A stretch of 33,693 nucleotides of DNA from an archaeon (lineage in GTDB: Archaea > Aenigmatarchaeota > Aenigmatarchaeia > GW2011-AR5), in the NCBI GenBank assembly GCA_035290885.1, contig DATDTL010000019.1:1-33693 (forward strand), in the 5' to 3' direction. Shown here piece after piece: positions 6,433 to 15,874 of the stretch. Within the stretch, counting starts at the first letter, position 1, and every line of letters starts with the position of its first letter. A program made the translations under genes and the position numbers. The notes under the pieces were generated by a model. The model had not been told where the DNA came from and did no database searches. It worked only from the letters and a program-made list of their open reading frames with translations.

Positions 6433-7236
6433 TTAATTCGTTATTTCGCATGCAACTAATTTTGCCGTTATGGCGGGACGAGGACTGTCCACAAAGTCAA
6501 TGAAAAATGCCGGTGGTTCCAAAAAATATATCTCTCTTGTTTCATTTATTGCCCTTCCTTTTACGTCTTCCGGCGAGTTCGTATATATCGTAGGATCTAC
6601 CAAGTTCCATACCCCGTCGTAATGAACCTCGTTCCATCCATGGAATCCGTACGCGCCTTCTGCTATTGAGCGGAAAACAGGTTGCCCCCTTACAAGTAAA
6701 TTTACTGCCCTTCCTCTTGCCGTATCAGAACGCCCGCCCATCTTATTCACGGAATAATCCAACAGGCATGCAAAATCCCTGCATATTCCGCTCCTACTTC
6801 TGATTATATCGTCCAAGAGGTCTTCTGCTTCTTGGCCGTATCTTATGTTTTGCCGTATTTTCTCCAAAACCCGCATCATATATGCAGGACTGAACTCGGA
6901 ACCCAACTCTCGCAGAAATTCGTCTGTTTCAGCTCTCGTATTATATCTGAAACGCATCATCGGTGCTTTTTGAGAAGGATCGCGCGCTAACCTGTTTTCT
7001 TTCACTCTTATTGCAATAACAAGAGGATTTCTATCAGATACTTCCCCTTCTCCCAATCCTTCGTATGTGTGGCTTTTCTTTGCTAATTTTATCCCGTGCG
7101 TTATCTCTGCATCTTTCAAGAAAGAGGAGGAATCGAACCCATTAGCACCCAATCTGCCTTTATATATCAACGGCTGCTCGTCTTCTCCTACTGGCACGTA
7201 AACCAACTTCATCGCGAAATCGCTGCCATATCTCAT
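6433..7236 (-). CDS. Transglutaminase-like cysteine protease superfamily protein
   Basis: 267 aa. Cys-His-Asp core: SGICRDFACLL ... GFHGWNEVHYDGVWNLVDPT. The N-terminal ~150 aa are unassigned. Confidence 0.8.
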   Translation of the reverse strand: MRYGSDFAMKLVYVPVGEDEQPLIYKGRLGANGFDSSSFLKDAEITHGIKLAKKSHTYEGLGEGEVSDRNPLVIAIRVKENRLARDPSQKAPMMRFRYNTRAETDEFLRELGSEFSPAYMMRVLEKIRQNIRYGQEAEDLLDDIIRSRSGICRDFACLLDYSVNKMGGRSDTARGRAVNLLVRGQPVFRSIAEGAYGFHGWNEVHYDGVWNLVDPTIYTNSPEDVKGRAINETREIYFLEPPAFFIDFVDSPRPAITAKLVACEITN

Positions 7237-7376
7237 TCCCGAGGCGCTAGGTAGCCCTCATCAAACATCAAATTTCCTTTTATGAAACTCATGTACTAAG
7301 TTCGATGAAAAACTATTAAAATGCCACCACGGCTTAGATATATAATTTAATTAAAATGCAAAATGCGGGTTTGACT

Positions 7377-8003
7377 TCACTTCGCCAGAACCTTCAGCTT
7401 GATTTTCTTGAGGCGGAACGTCGTTTCGCGGTCCATTTCCTCTAAGTGCAGGGCGATGATGCGCTTCTGCTGCTGGAGTTGCGGGATTAGGATGTATTCC
7501 AATGCATTGACTCTTCGCTTAGTCTTTTCTATTTCCATAAGCAGCTTTCGAAGCTTTGTTTCAACTTCAGCGACTTCGAGGGTTTTTTCGAGAAGAATTT
7601 CGTAGTTTTCGGCCATCTCGTCCATGCGCATGGATGCGGACAGCAATCCGTAGCCGCGCTCTTCAAGGGTCTTGCGGATTTTGCCCTTGGCTATCTGTGG
7701 TATCTTCACGCCCATGATATTTTTGACGGAAAGCTCCACGGACGGATGATCCTTGAGGGCAAGCGACAGGCTCTTTATTTCCGTCGTCCCTTCAAGTGCG
7801 GAAACTTCCATCATGGAGCCGTAGGCTTTTTTGTAAAGCTCGTTCAATTCGCTGCGCATATTCTTTGCGTCCTTGAGGACACTGTAAAACTCTATTATCA
7901 GGCCGTCCCTCTTTTTCTTCAGAAGCTTATGGCCCGAGTCCGCGAGCTTTATCCTGCTCTTGACGTTCTGGAGCTCGGCTCTTGTCGGGTTGATGTTCTG
8001 CAT
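7377..8003 (-). CDS. atpD: A-type ATP synthase subunit D
   Basis: The track ORF 7377..8168 runs into atpB. The real start is the ATG at 8003, 1 nt after the atpB stop. MQNINPTRAELQNVKSRIKLADSGHKLLKKKRDGLI.. is the typical subunit D N-terminus. It is the last gene of the operon. Confidence 0.9.
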   Translation of the reverse strand: MQNINPTRAELQNVKSRIKLADSGHKLLKKKRDGLIIEFYSVLKDAKNMRSELNELYKKAYGSMMEVSALEGTTEIKSLSLALKDHPSVELSVKNIMGVKIPQIAKGKIRKTLEERGYGLLSASMRMDEMAENYEILLEKTLEVAEVETKLRKLLMEIEKTKRRVNALEYILIPQLQQQKRIIALHLEEMDRETTFRLKKIKLKVLAK

Positions 8004-8004
8004 A

Positions 8005-9378
8005 TCACTTTCCCTTGTAATACTTCTGCTTGAGTTCCGGCGATATCCTTGTAAGCTCGTCTTCCGGCAGCTGCGAGAGAATCTCCCATGCGATGTCCAG
8101 AGTCCTTTCAATGCTCCGGTCTTCGTCATGGCCTTGGCTAACGAATTTTTCCTCGAACGCATCGGCAAATTTCAACAGTCGCCTGTCCCGCTCAGACAAT
8201 GCCTCTTCGCCTACAACGGCAGAGAGGCTTCGAAGGTCGCGGCCTTGGGCGTAGCAGGCGTAAAGCTGGTCGGACACGTTCTTGTGATCCTCCCTTGTCT
8301 TGCCCTTGCCTATGCCAAGGTTCATGAGCCTTGAGAGGCACGGCATCACATCTATTGGCGGGAATATGCCCTTCCTGCTAAGGTCCCGGCCAAGCTGTAT
8401 CTGGCCCTCGGTTATGTAGCCGGTAAGATCTGGTATAGGATGCGTCTTGTCGTCGCCAGGCATCGTCAGTATAGGCAGCTGCGTTATGCTTCCTTTCCTG
8501 CCCTTGATGATGCCTGCGCGCTCGTATATGGATGCAAGGTCCGTGTACATATATCCAGGATAGCCACGCCTTGCAGGAATCTCGTTTCTTGCCGAGGAAA
8601 TCTGCCGCAGCGCCTCGCAGTAATTCGTCATATCCGTAAGTATCACCAGCACGTGCATGTCCTTCTTGTACGCGAGATATTCCGCTGCAGTCAGCGCCAT
8701 TCTCGGGGTTATGAGCCGCTCGGTCGCCGGGTCGTCCGCAAGGTTGAGGAATACTATGGCGCGCTCTATTGCGCCGGTTTCCTCAAAGCTTTTCATGAAC
8801 TTCCTCGATTCCTCGCTTGTTATGCCCATTGCGGCAAAGACTATTGCGAAGTTCTCCTCCTTGCCAACGACTTTTGCCTGCCTTGCTATCTGCAGGGCTA
8901 TGTCGTTGTGCGGCAGCCCTGCGCCAGAGAATATGGGAAGCTTCTGCCCCCTTACCAGCGTGTTCATGCCGTCTATCGTGGATATGCCTGTTTGTATGAA
9001 ATCCTGAGGAGACGCCCGGGAGTAAGGATTCATGGCAGCTCCTGTTACTTCTATCTCATCCTCGGGAATTATCTCGGGGCCGCCGTCAATGGGATTGCCA
9101 AAGCCGTCAAGCACGCGTCCCAGCATATCCTCGCTGACCTTGGCCTTTATAACGTCGCCAAGGAAGCGCACCGATGCGCCCCTATCCATGCCGGTCGTCC
9201 CTTCAAAAACCTGCACGGTGACCGCGTCCTTTGACGTGTCCAGCACCTGGCCGAGGCGCTTCTCGCCGTTTGGCAGGGTTATGTTCACGAGTTCGCCGTA
9301 GCCGACCTCGTGCGTTTTTTCCACGAAAATCAGCGGCCCTGCTATCCTGTTGATCGTCTTGTAGTCCTTAAGCAGCAT
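8005..9378 (-). CDS. atpB: A-type ATP synthase subunit B
   Basis: 457 aa. Typical regulatory subunit sequence (..GPLIFVEK.., ..[16 protein letters not shown].., ..[13 protein letters not shown]..). It overlaps atpA by 11 nt. Confidence 0.97.
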   Translation of the reverse strand: MLLKDYKTINRIAGPLIFVEKTHEVGYGELVNITLPNGEKRLGQVLDTSKDAVTVQVFEGTTGMDRGASVRFLGDVIKAKVSEDMLGRVLDGFGNPIDGGPEIIPEDEIEVTGAAMNPYSRASPQDFIQTGISTIDGMNTLVRGQKLPIFSGAGLPHNDIALQIARQAKVVGKEENFAIVFAAMGITSEESRKFMKSFEETGAIERAIVFLNLADDPATERLITPRMALTAAEYLAYKKDMHVLVILTDMTNYCEALRQISSARNEIPARRGYPGYMYTDLASIYERAGIIKGRKGSITQLPILTMPGDDKTHPIPDLTGYITEGQIQLGRDLSRKGIFPPIDVMPCLSRLMNLGIGKGKTREDHKNVSDQLYACYAQGRDLRSLSAVVGEEALSERDRRLLKFADAFEEKFVSQGHDEDRSIERTLDIAWEILSQLPEDELTRISPELKQKYYKGK

Positions 9379-11095
9379 TTTTCCTCACCATCTCGCTTAT
9401 TTCATTCTCTATGCCGGCATCGGCCTCGTCCAATATCTTAGCGTACTCCTTGTAGAATTTGGCGTCGGCTATCCTGCCGCGGGACTTCACCGACAGTATG
9501 TCCCTTGCGCTAATGCCGGCTTCTATTGCGGCACGGGCTTTTTCGTCAAACATAAGTATTGACTGGAGTATCCTCATGCTCTTGGCCGGGGCGCAATAGC
9601 TGTCTACGTCGTGGAAAGCGTTCTGTTGCAGGAAGAACTCCCTTATGACCCTAGCGATTTCCATGGTCATCTGCTCTTTCTCCGGCAGCGCGTCCGAGCC
9701 GATTAACTGGACGATTTCCTGCAGCCTTTGCTCCTCGGCAAGTATCCTTTTTATTTTGCCTATGACGGCGCTCCATTCAGGCGCGACGTTTTCGTTGTAC
9801 CAAGACGCAAGCGAGCTTTCGTACTGGCTGTAAGAGGTTGTCCAGTTTATGGAAGGGAAGTGCCGCCTGTTCGCAAGCGCAGCATCCAGAGCCCAGAACG
9901 CCTTGGTTATCCTTTGCGTTGACTGGGTCACGGGCTCCGAGAAGTCGCCGCCCGGCGGCGACACGGCGCCGATTATGCTTATGGATCCCATGCCGCCGTT
10001 AAGCAGCACGGCTTTTCCTGCGCGCTCATAGAATTCAGAGAGCCTTGCAGACAGGTAAGCGGGATACCCTTCCTCGCCGGGCATTTCCTCCATTCTTGAA
10101 GAGATTTCTCGCATGGCTTCCGCCCATCGCGACGTGGAGTCCGCCATCACAGCCACGTCATAGCCCATGTCCCTGTAATATTCGGCTATGGTTATGCCCG
10201 TGTAAATGGAAGCCTCCCTTGCAGCCACCGGCATATTGCTTGTGTTGGCTATCAGCGTCGTCCTCTCCATGAGCGGATTGCCGGACTTCGGGTCTATCAA
10301 CTGCGGGAATTCAACGAGAACTTCAGTCATCTCGTTTCCCCGCTCGCCGCATCCGACGTAAACTATTATGTCGGCATCGCTCCACTTGGCAAGACTCTGC
10401 TGGGTCACTGTTTTTCCGGCGCCGAACGGCCCCGGTATAGATGCAGTCCCGCCCTTGGCCAGCGGGAAAAGCGAATCAAGTATCCTTATGCCTGTTATCA
10501 GCGGGGTGTCCGGCACGAGCTTTTCCTTGACCCTTCGCGCGGCACGGATGGGCCAGCGCTGCATCAAAGAAATTTCCTTCTCGCCGATTTTGGCAACGGT
10601 CTCTTCAACGGTGTACGAGCCTTCCTTTATTTCTTCAACCTTGCCGGCAAAAGGCGAAAGCACCCTGTGCTCTATGGTGTTTGTTTCCTTGACAGTGCCG
10701 AGAATTTCGCCTTCTCCAACTTCCTGCCCTTTCTTCACGGACGGAACGAATTTCCACTTCTTCTTTCTGTCCAACGAACTGACTGTCGCGCCTCTTTTTA
10801 TAAAGTCGCCCATGACCTTCTGCAATTCGGGCAGCGGCCTTTGAATGCCATCGTAAATATTGTTGAGTATTCCGGGTCCAAGTTCCACCATGAGCGGCAT
10901 TCCCGTCGTTTCTACCGGTTCGCCCGGCGCGATGCCGGACGTGTCCTCGTAGACCTGTATCACGGCCCTGTTGCCGTTTATCTCTATAACCTCGCCCACG
11001 AGCTTTTCTTTTCCCACCCGCACGACGTCGTACATCCTTGCGTCCAGCCCTTCGGCCGTAACCACCGGACCGGATACTCTATGTATTGTTGCCAT
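9368..11095 (-). CDS. atpA: A-type ATP synthase catalytic subunit A
   Basis: 575 aa. Walker [10 protein letters not shown], plus [11 protein letters not shown] and [10 protein letters not shown]. No intein-sized insertion. Confidence 0.97.
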   Translation of the reverse strand: MATIHRVSGPVVTAEGLDARMYDVVRVGKEKLVGEVIEINGNRAVIQVYEDTSGIAPGEPVETTGMPLMVELGPGILNNIYDGIQRPLPELQKVMGDFIKRGATVSSLDRKKKWKFVPSVKKGQEVGEGEILGTVKETNTIEHRVLSPFAGKVEEIKEGSYTVEETVAKIGEKEISLMQRWPIRAARRVKEKLVPDTPLITGIRILDSLFPLAKGGTASIPGPFGAGKTVTQQSLAKWSDADIIVYVGCGERGNEMTEVLVEFPQLIDPKSGNPLMERTTLIANTSNMPVAAREASIYTGITIAEYYRDMGYDVAVMADSTSRWAEAMREISSRMEEMPGEEGYPAYLSARLSEFYERAGKAVLLNGGMGSISIIGAVSPPGGDFSEPVTQSTQRITKAFWALDAALANRRHFPSINWTTSYSQYESSLASWYNENVAPEWSAVIGKIKRILAEEQRLQEIVQLIGSDALPEKEQMTMEIARVIREFFLQQNAFHDVDSYCAPAKSMRILQSILMFDEKARAAIEAGISARDILSVKSRGRIADAKFYKEYAKILDEADAGIENEISEMVRKNAA

Positions 11096-11149
11096 TTGAT
11101 CACATCCTTTTTCTTATTTCCACAGTTAATTCGACAAAAATATCCAAAT

Positions 11150-11671
11150 TTAAACTCCTACTACGTCTTTAACGGTTATAACCCAAGTATCAAGTAAGTT
11201 TTTGGGATTTTCTGGATCTGATACAGGAATGCCTTTTAACTGTAGTTCTTTGCTCTTTTTTGTAACCTCAACGTATGTTCCCTCAAATATTAATGTATTG
11301 CCTTCTTTCCTTTCCCTCAATGTTACGTCTTTATTGTGAGAGACTTTAGACACTGTAGTTTCCTTTCCTTCTATCTTCCACAGGTCTATTCCCAGTGAAC
11401 GTTTTATCATCATCCTAAGGTTCTCTTCCGCGCCGACGTCGTGCGACAGTATGACGAAGGTCGGCTTCACTGTAGTGTTCACGATTTCCCTCATCCTTGG
11501 ATTAAGCATGTCGTAAACGGTTTTATTTGTTATCACCACGGCATTATCTGCGGCTACCGCGTCCTCAACGGCCTTGCCTGCGCTGTCCTTGTCCACGACG
11601 CGCGCCCTGCTTATGCCGGCTATGTTGAAGCCCGCCACAAAATGCTCGTCACCTATTACCGATATGTTCAT
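11150..11671 (-). CDS. atpF: A-type ATP synthase subunit F fused to a 74-aa C-terminal extension of unknown function
   Basis: Residues 1-99 (MNISVIGDEHFVAGFNIAGI ... MIKRSLGIDLWK) look like a complete subunit F. The frame then continues for 74 aa with no stop and no Met (IEGKETTVSKV...TWVITVKDVVGV) through markedly AT-rich DNA. Confidence 0.85.
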   Translation of the reverse strand: MNISVIGDEHFVAGFNIAGISRARVVDKDSAGKAVEDAVAADNAVVITNKTVYDMLNPRMREIVNTTVKPTFVILSHDVGAEENLRMMIKRSLGIDLWKIEGKETTVSKVSHNKDVTLRERKEGNTLIFEGTYVEVTKKSKELQLKGIPVSDPENPKNLLDTWVITVKDVVGV

Positions 11672-12655
11672 TTATTCCACCAGAGTCTCCTCAACAAAAC
11701 TTTCTGAAAGGCCCGTCATCTTGGCGTTGACCAAGAGCCGTATGTTCCTTACCTCGGCTTCTTTTCTTATCATGTAACCGAAAACCGGCGATACGGAGAG
11801 CGGCTGCCTGCGCATCATTGCAGCCGCGCTCCTTAACAGCATCCTCTCTGCGTTGTTTTCCAGCTGCGTTCTTTTTGCCCTTACCCCTTGGGCAAGCGCC
11901 GCGTTGTTTTTTTCAAGAAGGGCAAGCGCCGCGTTGTAATCATGCTGAAGCAGCTTGGAAGCCAGAGCCGAAGGCGCGCCTATAATGAACTTTGATATCG
12001 CTTCAGCCGGCATGCCATGATGCTTCATGCGCATTATGTTCCTGACATTGATAAGTTCGCTCATCAAAGAGAAGAATTTTTTTACATCCTTGCTTGCGCC
12101 GGCAAGCCTTGCAAGCCTTGCGTAGTAATGCCTGTCTATCTCGTTTTCTAGGGAAGCCGTATCTTTTTCCCTTATATGTCTTGATATAACCTCTGCCTTG
12201 ATGCCCGTTATTCTTGCTATGGCGCTGCATGCGGATTCTGCGCTTTTTGCCGACCTTGTGCAAAAGGCGAGCGTAGTCGGAGTCACGGGCACTATTCCGT
12301 ATTTCATGTCCTCGTCTGAAAGGCCGTTCACGACCTTCCTTGCCACGAGCTTCAGGTTGGCGTACACCCACTTGTCGGCATAAAGCGATATGACGTTCCT
12401 TGCGCTCTTCTTGTTCGCTATGCGTATCAGCTTGTTCACAGCGCCGGCTATGCTGGCATTCAGCGCCATGTTTATCAGCTCAGCTCCCTTGTAAAGCGCG
12501 CCTAAGCTTGCTATTTCCGCGCCGTATTGGCCGGTTTCCAGCGAACGTATCATCTCGTGCAACCCCATCCTTTTCATCTTGGCGTAGTCCTCCCTTGAAA
12601 GGAGGAACGACCTCATGACTCCTGCCCGCGCGACCGCATACGAATGCGTTTCCAT
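11672..12655 (-). CDS. atpC: A-type ATP synthase subunit C (V-type d homolog)
   Basis: 327 aa, helical. Its position lies between E and F in the canonical order. The N-terminus YAVARAGVMRSFLLSREDY and the C-terminus EAEVRNIRLLVNAK are typical. Confidence 0.85.
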   Translation of the reverse strand: METHSYAVARAGVMRSFLLSREDYAKMKRMGLHEMIRSLETGQYGAEIASLGALYKGAELINMALNASIAGAVNKLIRIANKKSARNVISLYADKWVYANLKLVARKVVNGLSDEDMKYGIVPVTPTTLAFCTRSAKSAESACSAIARITGIKAEVISRHIREKDTASLENEIDRHYYARLARLAGASKDVKKFFSLMSELINVRNIMRMKHHGMPAEAISKFIIGAPSALASKLLQHDYNAALALLEKNNAALAQGVRAKRTQLENNAERMLLRSAAAMMRRQPLSVSPVFGYMIRKEAEVRNIRLLVNAKMTGLSESFVEETLVE

Positions 12656-13201
12656 TCAATCACCAAAAAGCGCGTTAGAGACGCCCTTGAGCGTCCGTTG
12701 CCTGAGCAAACTGCGCAGCGTTTCCATGCTCAGGTCCACGGACTCGCTGCCTTTTTCCAGTATCACGCCACCGTCCATGTTCTTCGCGCGGACGTCCTTG
12801 CAAAGCTTCTTCGCCGCGCCAGCGTCTTTTGCATTAACGTAAATCCTATCCGCGCCACCGAGCTTGGCCTTGCCGGCTTCAAAAAGCGTGGCGAGAAGAT
12901 CCTCCCTGCCTATTTCCTTGTCCATCTCGGAGAAGAAGTTGTCGTATACCGAATCTATTGCCTTTTTCTTCTCATCCAGCACCTGTTTTTTCATCATGAT
13001 GCGGGCCGAGGCTATTTCCCTGGTTTCTAGGCGCGCTATATCGGCGTCAGTCCTGTTCCTTATTATTTCCTTTTCCAATTTTGCTTTTTTTTTCTCCTCA
13101 TCGGCTACCGCGCGTTCTTCCTCGCGGGCAGACTGACGTATGGCTTGGGCTTTCTTTTCCGCCTCGCCCAGTATTCCCGAAGCCATCTCTTCAATTCCCA
13201 T
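12656..13201 (-). CDS. atpE: A-type ATP synthase subunit E
   Basis: 181 aa. Long charged N-terminal helix (ILGEAEKKAQAIRQSAREEER..) plus a globular C-terminal domain. Assigned from operon position. Confidence 0.85.
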   Translation of the reverse strand: MGIEEMASGILGEAEKKAQAIRQSAREEERAVADEEKKKAKLEKEIIRNRTDADIARLETREIASARIMMKKQVLDEKKKAIDSVYDNFFSEMDKEIGREDLLATLFEAGKAKLGGADRIYVNAKDAGAAKKLCKDVRAKNMDGGVILEKGSESVDLSMETLRSLLRQRTLKGVSNALFGD

Positions 13202-13244
13202 TTATATAGCACCAAACGGATTCGAAAGCGTAAAAAAATAAAAT

Positions 13245-13457
13245 TTACGCCAATATCTGCAAAGCCACTACCAAGCCGAATATTACCAGAGTTTCCGGTA
13301 TTACGGTCAGAATAAGGCCCTTGGTAAAGAGCTGCTCCTTTTCCGCCATTGCGCCCACCGCAGCGGCCCCTATCTCCTTTTCCGCATAAGCCGCTGCCAT
13401 GGCCGTAAGCCCTATGGCCAATCCTGCACCCAATGCTGTCATTCCTTCCACTGCCAT
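13245..13457 (-). CDS. atpK: A-type ATP synthase proteolipid subunit K (c subunit, single hairpin)
   Basis: 70 aa with two TM helices rich in G/A and a carboxylate in TVIPETLVIFGL. A GAGGTG Shine-Dalgarno (plus cacctc 13465-13470) lies about 7 nt upstream. Confidence 0.9.
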   Translation of the reverse strand: MAVEGMTALGAGLAIGLTAMAAAYAEKEIGAAAVGAMAEKEQLFTKGLILTVIPETLVIFGLVVALQILA

Positions 13458-13580
13458 TCAAATACACCTCTTTTAGTTATATAACATCGGGCATAAATAT
13501 TAGAGATATTAAATGCCCGTGCTATATGCGAAAGGCACTAAATGCCTTCATATTATATCCTTTCACTATAGTCATGAGCA

Positions 13581-15386
13581 TTATTTATCCTCTTTGCCGC
13601 CCCCAAAAGGCATGTAGGGCTTGCCTGAGCCCTTGTAGAACTTTCCGAAAGCTTCAACGTAATGAAGCCTCATTGATTGCAGGAAAGCGTCCATTATGCC
13701 CATTGCCATGTTTATGGAGTGCCCTATGACCAGCACGACAACTCCCAATACCGACATAACAATCCCGCCTTGGAACAGAGGGCCGGCCATGTCGTTGACC
13801 ACGATGGCAAGCGATGCGGAAGCGAGCCCTATGGCTGCCAAACGCGCATAAGAGAGCACGTTGGCAAGCAGTGCAGGGACTTCAAACACGCCCGCGATTC
13901 CTTCTCCCTTCAAAATCATTACAACAGAGACTATCATGACTGCAACCGGCGCCATTATGCCAGTGTTTGCGTAGCCGAGCATTGACAGCGCCGCCATGGT
14001 GGCGCCCGCTTCCAGCAGGAGCCACGACCCTTTGGCAAGTATCGCCTTTGTCCAGCCGTGGTGGCGCTTTTCGTTGATAAAGCCAAGTATGAAACCTGCG
14101 TTTATGTGCACAAGTCCAATCAGCGCCGAAGCAAGTATGAGCTGGCTGACTTGCTCTATCCTGTGAAAGTACACCGTCAGGTGATTGCCAAAGATTTCTT
14201 CGGCGCCGAAAAACTCCCCGAATATGAAGCCGAATATTATCGTGGAGACGGCGGATATTATGGAAATGTCTATCAGCGCCCGTATATTCTTGAGCCTCGG
14301 GCGCAGCGCGAGCGAGAGCGCAAGTATCACAAGACCGTAGCCCATGTCGCCGAGCATGAAGCCGTAGAAAATGGGGAATGACAAGAATATGAACCACGTC
14401 GGGTCTATTTCGTTGTAGCGGGGCAACGAATAAAGGTCAAGGAAGAACTCAAAGGGCTTTGCAACCTTCGGGTTGTTGAGCTTGGTTGGGGCATTCTCGT
14501 CCTCTTCAGCGTGCATGTACGCCTCTTTCGTAAGGCCCTTTACCTTTTCCTCAAGCATTGCCACATTCTTCTCGGGCACCCAGCCCTGCACCACGAAAGC
14601 GTTGCTGCTTACAGCGAATTTCAAAGGCGCCTCGCTTTTCTTCAGCCGTTCCGACAGGGCCGTTTCTATTCCAAGGATGCTTTCCGCCGAGCCGGCAAGC
14701 GTCTTCATCTCGCCCTCTATTCCCTGCTTCTGCGCTAATATCTCCTTTTTTCTTCCTAAGGCTTTGCGCAGCGACGAGGAGACTTCCCTGTTTCCCCCGG
14801 CCTCTATTCTTTCCTCAACGAGGCTTTCCATCACGGCCTTTTTTGTCTGCTCGTCGCCTTTCCTGTAGAATATGACTGCCGGGGCTTTTTCCCTGTTCGG
14901 ACTGAACACTATCGCCTCTTTCAGGCTTACAGGCCTTCTCAAGTAGCCGCACGCCATCTCAAGCGTCTCGTAGCCGCTAAGCTGGCCAAAGCTGCTGATT
15001 CCCGCTTCCTTCAAAAACGCAAGGGTCTTCTCCTCCCTTCCAAGCTCGGCTTCCTCGTCTTCCAAAGCCTTCATCCGCCCGTAAAGCTTGGACGCTTTCT
15101 CCCTGACGCCCTTTATCACACGCTCGGCTTCGCCAAGAGAAACGTCCCCTGCTTTGACTGCATATGAAGGCATCCAACGCCCGAGCACGGATTTTATCGC
15201 GCTCACGTCCAGAAGCAGTTCGGAAGCCTTCTCAGCGTCCGAAAGAGGGGAACCCGCCGGCAGTTCCTTGTCGGTGTAATCCTCTATGTGGAGCGCGTTG
15301 AAATCGTAGAGTATGCCTATCACTTTTTCCATGCAAGCCTTGGGCGCGGCTATGGTTACCTTGCTCATCTTTTCCGGACGGAACAT
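13581..15386 (-). CDS. atpI: A-type ATP synthase subunit I (a subunit)
   Basis: 601 aa. Soluble coiled N-terminal half plus a polytopic C-terminal half containing the conserved SYARLAAIGLAS region (stator arginine). Confidence 0.9.
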   Translation of the reverse strand: MFRPEKMSKVTIAAPKACMEKVIGILYDFNALHIEDYTDKELPAGSPLSDAEKASELLLDVSAIKSVLGRWMPSYAVKAGDVSLGEAERVIKGVREKASKLYGRMKALEDEEAELGREEKTLAFLKEAGISSFGQLSGYETLEMACGYLRRPVSLKEAIVFSPNREKAPAVIFYRKGDEQTKKAVMESLVEERIEAGGNREVSSSLRKALGRKKEILAQKQGIEGEMKTLAGSAESILGIETALSERLKKSEAPLKFAVSSNAFVVQGWVPEKNVAMLEEKVKGLTKEAYMHAEEDENAPTKLNNPKVAKPFEFFLDLYSLPRYNEIDPTWFIFLSFPIFYGFMLGDMGYGLVILALSLALRPRLKNIRALIDISIISAVSTIIFGFIFGEFFGAEEIFGNHLTVYFHRIEQVSQLILASALIGLVHINAGFILGFINEKRHHGWTKAILAKGSWLLLEAGATMAALSMLGYANTGIMAPVAVMIVSVVMILKGEGIAGVFEVPALLANVLSYARLAAIGLASASLAIVVNDMAGPLFQGGIVMSVLGVVVLVIGHSINMAMGIMDAFLQSMRLHYVEAFGKFYKGSGKPYMPFGGGKEDK

Positions 15387-15408
15387 AAAATTGACGACCC
15401 TTGAATAT

Positions 15409-15741
15409 TCAGCCTTTTATGATTTTCTCGAATTCTTCGGCAACGCATTCCACGGCCTTCTCTGCATTCTCTTCCGCGGCTTTCGCTATCGCCTTGAAGG
15501 CCTTCGCCTTTTCGGCGTTTATCGCCTTTTTCCGCTCCTCTGTCTTGATTTTCTCGGACTCGGCGTATTTCTGCATCTCCTTCCCGTATTCGGAGATTTC
15601 CTTTGCAAAGAGCCTGTCAGCTTCCTTCCTAGCATTAGAAATAGTCTTCTCCCTGTCGCTCTCGGCATTCCTTATAATCTCGGCCGCCCTTGCCTCGGCG
15701 TCCTTGATGCCCTGAAGAAGTTTTTCGTCCATTGTGATCAC
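15409..15741 (-). CDS. atpH: A-type ATP synthase subunit H (peripheral stalk, G-like)
   Basis: About 107-110 aa, all-helical and charged (LLQGIKDAEARAAEIIRNAESDREK..). First gene of the operon. The start is either GTG at 15741 or ATG at 15732. Confidence 0.75.
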   Translation of the reverse strand: MITMDEKLLQGIKDAEARAAEIIRNAESDREKTISNARKEADRLFAKEISEYGKEMQKYAESEKIKTEERKKAINAEKAKAFKAIAKAAEENAEKAVECVAEEFEKIIKG

Positions 15742-15874
15742 TGATTAAATAGGTTAATAGTTTTTAAAATTATTCATGCCCCATCTTTGCCTAAAATGAC
15801 AAGGAAAGCCGCCGGGGAATTTATGCTTTCGCAATACGCCATGCCCAAGCCGCGGCTTTCTTTTTAAGCCTGCG

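Noticed and set aside
6240-6503. 87-aa plus-strand ORF (non-ATG start) and its minus-strand mirror in the 6171-6432 gap.
   Set aside because: It is S/R/P-rich, has no ATG, overlaps the transglutaminase 3' end, and has no motif. The gap is treated as non-coding of unknown function.
7128-7150. GGGTTCGATTCC-like (tRNA T-loop) string on the minus strand.
   Set aside because: The flanks cannot form a T-stem or an acceptor stem. It lies inside the transglutaminase-like CDS and encodes ..GANGFDSS.. there.
7377-8168. Long form of the atpD ORF, and similar N-terminal extensions of track ORFs at 19102, 19566, 21535, 21447 and 27037.
   Set aside because: The extensions overlap upstream genes or promoters, start at non-ATG codons in several cases, and translate to non-homologous sequence. 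Internal ATGs give canonical N-termini with a TATA box at about -26.
8440-9234. 264-aa plus-strand ORF, and many 60-180-aa ORFs on the plus strand across 8.0-15.7 kb.
   Set aside because: All are antisense shadows of the ATP synthase genes. Their compositions are R/H/C/Y/L-rich, and they lack start context or motifs.
9368-11095. Possible intein in ATP synthase subunit A.
   Set aside because: The length (575 aa) and the uninterrupted conserved blocks around the P-loop leave no room for an intein.
11890-11937. 18-nt direct repeat gggcaagcgccgcgttgt occurring twice, 30 nt apart.
   Set aside because: It is an in-frame 10-codon duplication inside atpC (..NAALALLEKNNAALAQG..), not a mobile or regulatory repeat.
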